Source: a virus. From it: 50,417 bases of DNA. The position numbers and the translations under genes are program-made. The stretch lies in UHGV virus genome UHGV-0559702, one strand, 5' to 3'. A model generated the notes under the pieces. It ran no database searches and had not been told where the DNA came from. It saw only the letters and a program-made list of their open reading frames with translations. Below are positions 1 through 7,910 of the stretch, in pieces; positions within the stretch are counted from its first letter, which is position 1; the number at the start of each line of letters is the position of its first letter.

Positions 1-528
1 CGCAGCGTATCCTAGATTCTGAGGGTTTGCCCCGCCCAAAGCGAGATGTGCCCGTCGAATTTTGATACCTTCCTTCTTTTTTGAAAAGACATCTTGATTA
101 TGCCTTGTAACGGCTCCTAACAGCAAAACGGAAAGTCCAATGGAGGGGAGGGGAGACAAAGAGACATACCCAGAGGGTACGTCTTTAGGGATGAGCAGTT
201 GACGAATCCGTCTGTCGACAGACTCTGTTTTTCTGGCAAATCCTGTTTTACGGATTTTCTTCAATGCCGCCTCTGTATCTGCTTTCTCTCCTTCCTCCCC
301 CTCTTCGAGTGTCTTGTATAGAGCACTTACCTTTCCCACATCCTTGGCCCCGTTTGCCGTATCCAGCGGCATAGAAATCCCTGCCGCAAGACATGTCCTC
401 GTGGACAGGTACGGAAGGGAGAGCGCGGCACCCGACGACAAGCGAATACCGACGCTGGAATTCGAGTTCACCAGCTTTGAACTGAAATCGATAAGATCGT
501 CGATGTCTATCTTAGTCTTCCTCTTCAT
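1..528 (-). CDS. Hypothetical protein, 3'-truncated by the window start (N-terminal 176 aa). In frame with 49554..50417 if the contig is circular.
   Basis: ATG at 528..526 with a GGAGG RBS 7 nt upstream. The open frame runs with no stop to position 1, which falls exactly on a codon boundary. Its start overlaps the stop of the upstream gene by 17 nt. Confidence 0.45.
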   Translation of the reverse strand, partial: MKRKTKIDIDDLIDFSSKLVNSNSSVGIRLSSGAALSLPYLSTRTCLAAGISMPLDTANGAKDVGKVSALYKTLEEGEEGEKADTEAALKKIRKTGFARKTESVDRRIRQLLIPKDVPSGYVSLSPLPSIGLSVLLLGAVTRHNQDVFSKKKEGIKIRRAHLALGGANPQNLGYAA

Positions 529-1012
529 CGTCTGCCTCCGTTGCCGCTTCCAGCGTTATGAACTCGGGAAGAACCGCAATGCTGCCGCATTCGTCATCCA
601 TCTCCACAGCTTTAAATCCAAGCTTACGGGCAAAGGCGATCCGCATGGCCTGAGCCTCCCAACTTGCGTCATCGTCGTCCATGTTGAGGAGGTTTACCCA
701 GTCTTCATCTTGATAACCAATTTTCTCTTCAACCACGGCATACCAGCAGAGATCAAAATACTTTTCGTCTATACCGCGCTCTGCCATAACTTCACGTAGA
801 GCCGTTCCAGCAGCGCCATCTTCAAGATACGGGAGATCCTCGTTCAAGAAGATGTCCTTGATGTCTATTTCGCACTGGTAGACGTAATTTCCGTATTCCT
901 TTGCATGTCCGTAAGTACGGGCAAAGAACACCGCGCCGAAGTTATACCCTAACCCTGTTCCTGAGTTAGAGATAGCCAGATGTTCAATCATGCTTCCGTG
1001 GTATAGCTTCAT
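512..1012 (-). CDS. PARP/Tpt1-like (H-Y-E clade) ADP-ribosyltransferase-fold protein, 166 aa, acidic C-terminal tail
   Basis: AAAGGAG RBS before the ATG at 1012. The N-terminus reads MKLYHGS and is followed by GYNFGAVFFA. These resemble the HG[ST] and aromatic-GxG-[IV]-[YF]-F-A NAD-binding motifs of PARP and Tpt1/KptA ART folds. The C-terminus is EAATEADDEEED. The family call comes from motifs only. Confidence 0.5.
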   Translation of the reverse strand: MKLYHGSMIEHLAISNSGTGLGYNFGAVFFARTYGHAKEYGNYVYQCEIDIKDIFLNEDLPYLEDGAAGTALREVMAERGIDEKYFDLCWYAVVEEKIGYQDEDWVNLLNMDDDDASWEAQAMRIAFARKLGFKAVEMDDECGSIAVLPEFITLEAATEADDEEED

Positions 1013-1056
1013 GGTGGCTTCTCCTTTACCCTTTCGTTGAAAATACAATAGCACCA

Positions 1057-1089
1057 TTTTTTGAAAAAATAAACAATTTTTTCAAAAAA
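1057..1089 (-). promoter_or_regulatory. Perfect 13-bp inverted repeat (TTTTTTGAAAAAA-N7-TTTTTTCAAAAAA) in the promoter region of the ART-fold gene; operator candidate
   Basis: Seen directly. AT-rich intergenic region between the terminator at 1141-1172 and the RBS at about 1020. Confidence 0.4.
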
Positions 1090-1140
1090 AGTTTTATCTT
1101 TTTTAACTCGTCAGTAACAGAAGGGAGAGGCAGAAAAACA

Positions 1141-1172
1141 AAAAGGGGCGGCTCTTAAAGCCACCCCTTTTC
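1141..1172 (-). terminator. Rho-independent terminator after the DUF1640-like gene
   Basis: GGGGTGGC/GCCGCCCC stem (one G-U pair) followed by a T-run on the minus strand. Confidence 0.5.
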
Positions 1173-1261
1173 TACGATATTCTTTCTTTATTAGAATCCG
1201 AGCCAGCCGAAGCCCTTGGCCATAACGGCGACAAGGGCAAACCCTATGGCGATTTGCCATT

Positions 1262-1507
1262 TCAAAAGATCATACCATACTTGACCTTCAACACTTCAGC
1301 ACGAATTTTTTCGATCTCCGCTTGCACTTTCAGGTCCAATTCCCGAATTTCTTTTTGCAACCGCAGTTCCGTTTCGCGCAGATCTCCCTTGGTGGCACTG
1401 GCGTTCCTTTGACTCTCGTCAAAGCGTTCCAGTACTTCCACGATGGCTTTTGCGGCTTCCTCGCCGACGGCCTTTTCAAGCTTTTTCCCATCATCGAACA
1501 GCAGCAT
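1262..1507 (-). CDS. DUF1640-like coiled-coil protein (81 aa)
   Basis: GGAGGG RBS before the ATG at 1507. The MLLFDDGKKLEKAVGEEAAKAIVEVLERFD... pattern and heptad-rich C-terminus are typical of DUF1640. Confidence 0.55.
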   Translation of the reverse strand: MLLFDDGKKLEKAVGEEAAKAIVEVLERFDESQRNASATKGDLRETELRLQKEIRELDLKVQAEIEKIRAEVLKVKYGMIF

Positions 1508-1562
1508 GGGGGAATCCCTCCGTTGGTGAAGTCTTATATGATTCATGCAGGCTTGCCAAGGA

Positions 1563-2483
1563 TTACCCTAGCATCAACCTGTTTGCCGTCTTCGCGGCAC
1601 GGATGGCAAGACGCATATCATCAAGCGCGGATTCGAGGTTTTGCCGGGCGGTGTAGGTTGGGGCTGTCATGAGCTGGATAAGCGCGTCAACGGGCGTCTT
1701 CCCGGATGGCGATACATGCCGGAGCAGTTCGGGATACGTTCCTTGCGTCACTCGGCGGAAGTCTCGTTCCAGTCCATAAGCGCGGTCGCGGATCAGGACT
1801 GCAAGTTCCATCCAATCCTGTTCGAGCCGTTCAAGCTCCCTCACGCGGTCGCGGTATAGTGACGATGCGACGGGAAGCGCAGGGTACGGAATCGCGGATT
1901 CCGCCGTGGGTATGGCATTGATGGCGCGGACGCGGACGGAAAGCAGGAACTCGCGGGCCTCGGGCATAAGCCTGGCCGGGAGCTGACTGTATTCCGCGAT
2001 GCGGAAGTGGCGGTTGTGCTTCGCCCATATCTCGGCGCGGGCCTTGCCCTGCACGGCTGCGGGGTATGTCGAGAGCTTGGCGTCTACGATGAGCTTGAGC
2101 TCGGCACGTTCCGCCGCACTGATCAGCTCGTCGTTGAGCGTCACGGGTTCGGCAACGGGCACCCTGTCGCCGTACTGTTCAATCACATCCAGCACCCAAC
2201 GGCGGAACGCCTTGGCAATAGGAGTACGCGCTAGCATCGCAACCAAATGGCAGCCCCGAAGGGAAAAGATGCGATTCATAGCGGGTACATCCGTGGTACT
2301 CAAATTGAGAACCACGCTCATATTATTGGAGAATTCATCCTTATGTCGGGCATAGAGCACACCAACCTTGCGGTCGTCGGAATAGCCAAGTGCTTTAGCC
2401 AATTCAGAAGAACGAATCCAGAGACTGTTTTGGTGAGTGACAGGCGTGAAGATAAATTCGTTGAAGATTAGGGCCATTTCCAT
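1563..2483 (-). CDS. BRO-N domain phage antirepressor
   Basis: AGGAG RBS before the ATG at 2483. N-terminal FNEFIFTPVTHQNSLWIRSSELAKALGY Bro-N signature, with a KilA-C/ANT-like C-terminus. Confidence 0.8.
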   Translation of the reverse strand: MEMALIFNEFIFTPVTHQNSLWIRSSELAKALGYSDDRKVGVLYARHKDEFSNNMSVVLNLSTTDVPAMNRIFSLRGCHLVAMLARTPIAKAFRRWVLDVIEQYGDRVPVAEPVTLNDELISAAERAELKLIVDAKLSTYPAAVQGKARAEIWAKHNRHFRIAEYSQLPARLMPEAREFLLSVRVRAINAIPTAESAIPYPALPVASSLYRDRVRELERLEQDWMELAVLIRDRAYGLERDFRRVTQGTYPELLRHVSPSGKTPVDALIQLMTAPTYTARQNLESALDDMRLAIRAAKTANRLMLG

Positions 2484-2834
2484 AATGCAACTCCTACGTT
2501 GTCTGAATTGCACTCTCTGAAATAGAAAGCGCCGGGTGTTCAGAACGGCGTAGGAACCGCTGGCGGCCTTTAGCTTTCGCTTGGACATATCCGCCACACC
2601 CGGCAAACATTGGATGCAATAATAGCCCAAAAGACAGCCAAGAAAAACTCTTGACTTTGGAAAAAGGGCATAAAAAAGCGCCATGCTATCGGGTGGCGTT
2701 TGTCCGCCTACGGGGTTCTGAAGCCCGTGCACAAAAGACAGCACAAAACTCGGAAAATGTAAAGAGAAAAGCAGTGGCATTGCCCGCATCTGGATGTTCT
2801 TCATCATTGGCGGGCAACGCCACGTTGGAAAGTT

Positions 2835-3905
2835 TTACTTGTTATCGTATTTCAAGGCCGTAGCCCGGATTCGATCCGCAAAGGGGATAATATCTTCCAG
2901 TTTTTCGATGTCTTCCTTTGCGTCTTTATTCTCCCCATCAAACAGTCCGACCCTCCACTGTTTTCCGTTGAAATACAGGCGGCACAGAGGCTTGAGCCTG
3001 TTGTCGTCAAGAAGGATGGAGCAGTAGCTGATGCTGTCCCGCATGGCTACGCGGGCCGGATCAACGGTGCCCACCAGAAGCGATTTGACAAGGTAATACG
3101 CCTCTTTTTCTTCCTCGGTGGTGACTATACGCGAATCCAGCTCTTTTCCTTGTGGGGTATCTTCGGACTCTATCTCTACAATTTCCGGTTTCTGCTGCGT
3201 CATGGCATTTTTCAATCGGTCGTTGATGCGGTCATTGATGAACTGGTCAAGCGCAGCGGTAAGGATTGGAGTGAAGCGATCCAGAACATTTTGCGTGATA
3301 CGTCCATCATACGTCTGGCCGATGAAAAAGCGTGCGAAATCTTCATGCGGCTTTTCCATTTGTTCGGACATGAGGCGTTTGAACTCTCGGTTGTACTTGA
3401 GTTCGTTTGCCGCGCTCATGCAGGCATCCCGATCAAACTTGCCTTTTGCCAGTTTGCGCAGTTCCGGGAGTAGCATTTCGTCCATATCGTCAAGGACGAA
3501 CTCCATATATGGCTTGCTGTCCATTTTGTTGGCTGTTTCAAGATCAGAATAGAACCGGTAACGGTTGCCGTCCGTCAGGATGGCAATGGGGGCTTCCGTT
3601 CCGTGGAAGTAAAGCTGTAGCTGGTTGCAGTGCTTCATGTCGAGAGACGTTCCCAAAGCCTTGCATTCCAGAAGAAGGATAGGCTTGCCGTCAACAAGAA
3701 TCGCATAGTCCACGCGGGCGTCTTTATACTCGCCAATAGGGGCTGAAAATTCGGGCACGACTTCCGCAGGATTGAAAACATCGTAACCAAGGGCCGCGAT
3801 GAAGGGCATCACCAAGGCGTTTTTCGTGGCCTCTTCGGTCTTGAGGCTATCTCCCAGATTCTTTACCTTTTTCGACAATTCAGCAATTCTTTCCGAAAAA
3901 TCCAT
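2835..3905 (-). CDS. Stand-alone HsdR_N-domain (type I restriction R-subunit N-terminal, Mrr/PD-(D/E)xK-like) nuclease-domain protein, 356 aa
   Basis: TEEATKNALVMPFIAALGYDVF...VDYAIL...LLLECK matches the HsdR N-terminal nuclease motif. AT-rich relative to the backbone. GGGAGAGAGG RBS. Confidence 0.75.
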   Translation of the reverse strand: MDFSERIAELSKKVKNLGDSLKTEEATKNALVMPFIAALGYDVFNPAEVVPEFSAPIGEYKDARVDYAILVDGKPILLLECKALGTSLDMKHCNQLQLYFHGTEAPIAILTDGNRYRFYSDLETANKMDSKPYMEFVLDDMDEMLLPELRKLAKGKFDRDACMSAANELKYNREFKRLMSEQMEKPHEDFARFFIGQTYDGRITQNVLDRFTPILTAALDQFINDRINDRLKNAMTQQKPEIVEIESEDTPQGKELDSRIVTTEEEKEAYYLVKSLLVGTVDPARVAMRDSISYCSILLDDNRLKPLCRLYFNGKQWRVGLFDGENKDAKEDIEKLEDIIPFADRIRATALKYDNK

Positions 3906-3940
3906 GGTCCTCTCTCCCTGTTCGGATTCAAGTTAATATA

Positions 3941-4540
3941 TTAAGATTTATATATTTTCTTATAGGTTTTCCAAGAATACAGTCCGGAAAGGATAGTGAG
4001 GATTCCCCATAACAAGGCCCCATTCGTATTGGGCGGCGTTTGGAGGGCACAACTCAGCCACAATACGGCTAGCACTACTGTTATCAGCACTCCAATGATA
4101 AGGGCAATTTTTTTAGGGGGCGTCTGAGAACGTTCATGATGTATAAGCGGGTTTGGTTCTCCACGCTCTTGGGCCAATTGGTCATCAAAAAGGTGTGCGC
4201 GGATAACCTCCATCATGGGGCTATTCACCTTTGCCAATGCCTTATTTCCATTTTTGAACTCAATAATGACGGTAGACTCAGTCGTCTTGCCTCCAGCTAC
4301 CGCACCCGCAACCGCTCCGATGCCTCCAAGCAAGACGCCGCCGACAAGTGCGCCTCCCAAAGTTCCGCCGAGCTTTTTGACCGATTCTTCATTGGCTACT
4401 TCGCAAGAGGCAATACTGGAAAGAAAAAGTTCCTTTGCTCCAAACATTTTTGAAGAGCAACGCAACTTGTTTTTATTCTTAATGTAAATATATTCTTCTT
4501 TCCCGTAGTCCCCTGCCAGAAACTTGATGTAGGTAGCCAT
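3941..4540 (-). CDS. Glycine-zipper membrane protein (199 aa) with two C-terminal TM helices
   Basis: GGTLGGALVGGVLLGGIGAVAGAVAGG glycine-zipper. C-terminal hydrophobic helices IALIIGVLITVVLAVLWL and LLWGILTILSGLY. AAGGGGG RBS. A TATAAT element lies upstream. Confidence 0.65.
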   Translation of the reverse strand: MATYIKFLAGDYGKEEYIYIKNKNKLRCSSKMFGAKELFLSSIASCEVANEESVKKLGGTLGGALVGGVLLGGIGAVAGAVAGGKTTESTVIIEFKNGNKALAKVNSPMMEVIRAHLFDDQLAQERGEPNPLIHHERSQTPPKKIALIIGVLITVVLAVLWLSCALQTPPNTNGALLWGILTILSGLYSWKTYKKIYKS

Positions 4541-4643
4541 ACATCATCCCCCTTATTATAGATGAGGCTATCATGGCATAGGCCGTTCCAAAAATCCACC
4601 GCCGCCGCCCTCCGCCCCGAAAGGGGCTTTTCTTTTGCCTGTA

Positions 4644-4661
4644 CGAACCTTGTTCACGGTG
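4644..4661 (+). promoter_or_regulatory. Conserved late-operon motif copy 1 (cGAACCTTGTTCACGGTG), about 55 bp upstream of the BRO gene
   Basis: Four near-identical copies at 4644, 5505, 38847 and 43486. Each lies 50-75 bp upstream of a plus-strand operon start. Confidence 0.55.
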
Positions 4662-4714
4662 TGCCCCCACGCCGCCATGCTGCATCATCTCCAAAACACT
4701 ATGGAGGTGCAGCG

Positions 4715-5503
4715 ATGGAAAATTCCCCCTTGGCTCTTTTCGAGCATGAAAAGTTCGGTTTCCTTCGCGTTGTTGAGCGCAAGGTGCAACCATGGTTCGT
4801 GGCGAAAGACGTGTGCGATATTCTTGAAATGGGCAACCCTCGTTCAAGCCTTGCACTTCTGGATGAGGATGAAAAGGGCGTCCATAGTATGGACACCCCC
4901 GGTGGAAAGCAGGAAATGACAATTATTTCCGAACCGGGCCTGTATTCCCTCATCCTGCGTTCCCGCAAGCCCGAAGCCAAGGCGTTCAAGCGGTGGGTGA
5001 CACATGAGGTCATCCCCTCCATTCGTAAGGTGGGCGGTTACCTGATAGCCAAGCCGGACGATACGCCCGAAGCCATCCTTGCCCGCGCCGTGCTGGTCGC
5101 GCAGGACACCATCAGGCGCATCGAAGCCGAGCGCGACGAGGCTATCCGCACCAAGGCCGAAATCGGTTCACGCCGCGAGGCCACCGCGATGGCAACCGCC
5201 TCCGCAGCCGTCCGCAAGGCTGCGGCTCTTGAGAACGAACTTGGGCGGGGCAGGGACTACAAGTCCGTGAAGGGCATCCCGTGGTTCCTTGACGTCTTCG
5301 CAGATACGCCAGCCGCGTACTCCGTCGCGGGACGCAAGCTTTCCGATATGTCCCGCCGTATGGATTACGAAATCCGGGAAATCGAGGACAGCCGTTTCGG
5401 GAGCGTGAAGGCGTACCACGTCGACGTGATCGAAGCCTTCCGGCTGGCCCTGAAAAACGACCTGAACATGCTGGGCAAGTACCGCCTTCGCCGTGCTGCA
5501 TAG
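4715..5503 (+). CDS. BRO-N domain phage antirepressor (second copy)
   Basis: GGAGG RBS. FEHEKFGFLRVVERKVQPWFVAKDVCDILE...KAFKRWVTHEVIPSIRKVGGY Bro-N signature. Confidence 0.8.
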   Translation: MENSPLALFEHEKFGFLRVVERKVQPWFVAKDVCDILEMGNPRSSLALLDEDEKGVHSMDTPGGKQEMTIISEPGLYSLILRSRKPEAKAFKRWVTHEVIPSIRKVGGYLIAKPDDTPEAILARAVLVAQDTIRRIEAERDEAIRTKAEIGSRREATAMATASAAVRKAAALENELGRGRDYKSVKGIPWFLDVFADTPAAYSVAGRKLSDMSRRMDYEIREIEDSRFGSVKAYHVDVIEAFRLALKNDLNMLGKYRLRRAA

Positions 5504-5504
5504 C

Positions 5505-5522
5505 CGAACTTTGTTCACGGTG
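5505..5522 (+). promoter_or_regulatory. Conserved late-operon motif copy 2 (cGAACTTTGTTCACGGTG)
   Basis: About 55 bp upstream of the head-tail operon start at 5578. Confidence 0.55.
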
Positions 5523-5577
5523 ATTTCGTCCCGGCTCTTTTGCCATGATGACCAAAACAACGGAGGGATACAGAGAT

Positions 5578-5991
5578 ATGGCCAGACCCAAAAAGAATAC
5601 TGCCCCGGAAACAACGCAGGCGACGAAGACAGATATCGTGATGGTTGCACTGAACCGGACGACCGGGATCACGTTCCCCATGCCCGACGGACGCAAGGTG
5701 CTCATCGAAGGCAACGCCGCCAGCCTGCGCGGAAAAGAAAAGGGCGTGCTGCCCGTGGGCGCGTTTGGGCTGACGCGGGTGAACGCCGACGATTGGGCAT
5801 ACATTGAAAAGACCTATGGTCCGCACATGGAAATCTTCAAGTCAGGGCTCATCTTTGCGCAGGCGCGCAAGGCCGACGCCGTGGACGAGGCCTACGAAAG
5901 GGCGGAACTGCGCAACGGGCTGGAGCCCGTGGATGTGGAGAACGACCCCAAGGCGCAGACCGAACCGCTCCAGAGCAAGGCGGGGTTCTAA
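5578..5991 (+). CDS. Hypothetical virion/head-tail protein (137 aa)
   Basis: GGAGGG RBS before the ATG at 5578. First gene of the head-tail connector operon. Confidence 0.55.
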   Translation: MARPKKNTAPETTQATKTDIVMVALNRTTGITFPMPDGRKVLIEGNAASLRGKEKGVLPVGAFGLTRVNADDWAYIEKTYGPHMEIFKSGLIFAQARKADAVDEAYERAELRNGLEPVDVENDPKAQTEPLQSKAGF

Positions 5992-5994
5992 ACC

Positions 5995-6426
5995 GTGGCT
6001 GTTGTTGTCTTTGACCCGCAGGAGTTCCGGGAGGCCTATCCGCGCTTCGTCGATACGAAGACCGGGCAGCCCCTCCTGACCGATGCACAGCTTCGGCAGG
6101 CATTCGACGTCGCCTGTCTGCTCTTGGACAACACAAACTCATCCCCGGTTCCTTATGATCCGGCCCACGGCGTCATGATCCGCAAGACGCTTCTGTATCT
6201 CCTCGTTTGCCATCTGGCGACGCTGGCCTTGTGGCCGATGGGGCAGGCCGGGCCAGTGGCCTCGGCGACGGAAGGAACTGTCAGCATCAGCTTCTCCGTG
6301 CCCCAGAACACCGGGAAAGCCTTTTACGCGCAGACGCCGTGCGGACAGACGTTTTGGCAGGCCATCCAGCCCTATGCCGTGGGCGGTCGCTACTATGCCG
6401 CCCGGTATTGGCATCCGTGGGGGTAA
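5995..6426 (+). CDS. DUF4054-like head-tail adaptor protein
   Basis: GTG start. The N-terminus (FDPQEFREAYPRFVDT...DAQL) is typical of DUF4054 proteins found next to sheath genes. Confidence 0.55.
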   Translation: MAVVVFDPQEFREAYPRFVDTKTGQPLLTDAQLRQAFDVACLLLDNTNSSPVPYDPAHGVMIRKTLLYLLVCHLATLALWPMGQAGPVASATEGTVSISFSVPQNTGKAFYAQTPCGQTFWQAIQPYAVGGRYYAARYWHPWG

Positions 6427-6989
6427 TGGTGTCCGGAGAACTCGAAAAGCTGCTCAAGCGGTACATTACCCCCGATATCGTCGTGAAGGCCGGGGTGCTC
6501 GAAAATGCGACGCGGGGCGAAGGTGGTACTCCCGTCGCGGAGTATGCGGCGTACAACGAATACGGCGCAACAATCGAAATCCCTGAGCGGACGCAAACCT
6601 TGTACTTCAAGCGGAAGCGTGACGGCAGCGTCGGGAATCGGTTCGTGAAGAAGGGCAAAAGCGATTTTGCGCAGGATGCGACGGTCAAAGCCCACACCGT
6701 CACCATCCCCTCCCGGCCTTTCCTGCGCTCAACGCTCGATGCCAAGGCGGATGCATGGTGCGATAACCTCGCGGAAGCGTTGGAAGCCGGACGGACGCCG
6801 AAAGAGGCGATGCGGCTTGTGGGACGCCGCATGGCAGACGACATTCAGGCGACGATTAAGAGCAATATGCCCCCGGACAACGCCGAATCCACCAAGCGCC
6901 GCAAAAACGCCAAGGGCGCGGGAAAGGGGACGCTCATCGATTCCGGAAGCCTGCTCAAGTCCATCGATTACGAGGTAGTCAAAAGATGA
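6426..6989 (+). CDS. Virion morphogenesis / tail-completion-like protein
   Basis: TAATG overlap with the upstream gene, and a position typical of Mu gpG-like morphogenesis proteins. The call is weak. Confidence 0.5.
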   Translation: MVSGELEKLLKRYITPDIVVKAGVLENATRGEGGTPVAEYAAYNEYGATIEIPERTQTLYFKRKRDGSVGNRFVKKGKSDFAQDATVKAHTVTIPSRPFLRSTLDAKADAWCDNLAEALEAGRTPKEAMRLVGRRMADDIQATIKSNMPPDNAESTKRRKNAKGAGKGTLIDSGSLLKSIDYEVVKR

Positions 6990-7417
6990 ATCTCCATGAA
7001 CTTGTGCGTCCGCTTATCAGCATCGTGAACCCTTTCCAGTCGGTCGTGATTCTCGTCTCCACAGGCTTCACCATAACTGCGCAGTATGAGCAGGTCCCGG
7101 CATGGGCCCCCGCCGTGGAAGTCATGGCGCAGCCGCAGCCTGTCGCCGACAAAACGCTGCAATTCCTCGTGCAGCAGCGCCAGAACACGATCTGGCACGA
7201 CTTTTATCTTTCAGGGGACTGGTCGGCCCTTGATCGTCCGGCGGAGCAGGGCGGCGATCTTCTCTACTGGGATGGCGCCGAGTGGCAGGTAGATCAAGTT
7301 CTGGAGCGCTGGAATCCCACGGCAGGCTGGACGAAAATCCGGTGCGTGAAGCTCCGGGAAACCGCGCCGCCGGAAGTCGGGGCCACGGAACCGCCCAAAG
7401 GGGGAGACGATGAGTGA
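6986..7417 (+). CDS. Hypothetical head-tail joining protein
   Basis: ATGA overlap indicates translational coupling; position within the connector module. Confidence 0.5.
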   Translation: MNLHELVRPLISIVNPFQSVVILVSTGFTITAQYEQVPAWAPAVEVMAQPQPVADKTLQFLVQQRQNTIWHDFYLSGDWSALDRPAEQGGDLLYWDGAEWQVDQVLERWNPTAGWTKIRCVKLRETAPPEVGATEPPKGGDDE

Positions 7418-7895
7418 CGGCATCCTCGTGCAGGCCCTCGGCGATTTTTGTAAGCGTTACCTCGGCGATTCCGCCGTTGTTGTACGCGGCTACGTCAACC
7501 GCGTGAGCAAGCCGAAGACGAAAAGCTACGTGCTCGTCACCCCGATGACCATGACGCGCCTCTCGACGAACCTGCACCAGACCGAGTGCGGCGGGGAGGC
7601 CATCGTGCAGCCGCAGCGCCGCCGTGTCCAGCTTGACGTCTACGGCCCGACCGCCGCCGACCGTGCCCAGACGCTCGCAACGCTCCTACGCGACGGCGTC
7701 GGGTGCCGCTTCCTCCGGACCTACGGGATCGCCCCCCTGTACGTCGAAGACCCGCAGGATATGACGCAGGCGGAAGGTGACGAGCAGTACAATCCCCGCT
7801 TCATGCTCAACGTATTAGTTCAGGCAAACCGCGTTGAACACGTTGAGATGGATACTTTTACCGACGCGGAACTTTCCGTACATCCGCTGGCATAG
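7410..7895 (+). CDS. Hypothetical tail-completion/neck protein
   Basis: ATGA-coupled; immediately upstream of the sheath gene. Confidence 0.5.
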   Translation: MSDGILVQALGDFCKRYLGDSAVVVRGYVNRVSKPKTKSYVLVTPMTMTRLSTNLHQTECGGEAIVQPQRRRVQLDVYGPTAADRAQTLATLLRDGVGCRFLRTYGIAPLYVEDPQDMTQAEGDEQYNPRFMLNVLVQANRVEHVEMDTFTDAELSVHPLA

Positions 7896-7910
7896 CAAAA
7901 GGAGGGCGCA

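Noticed and set aside
512-1012. Assignment of the ART-fold protein to DUF3990 or DarT (DUF4433)
   Set aside because: I cannot recall the DUF3990 or DarT signatures reliably. Only the generic H-Y-E-class NAD-binding motifs are visible, so the call is left at the fold level.
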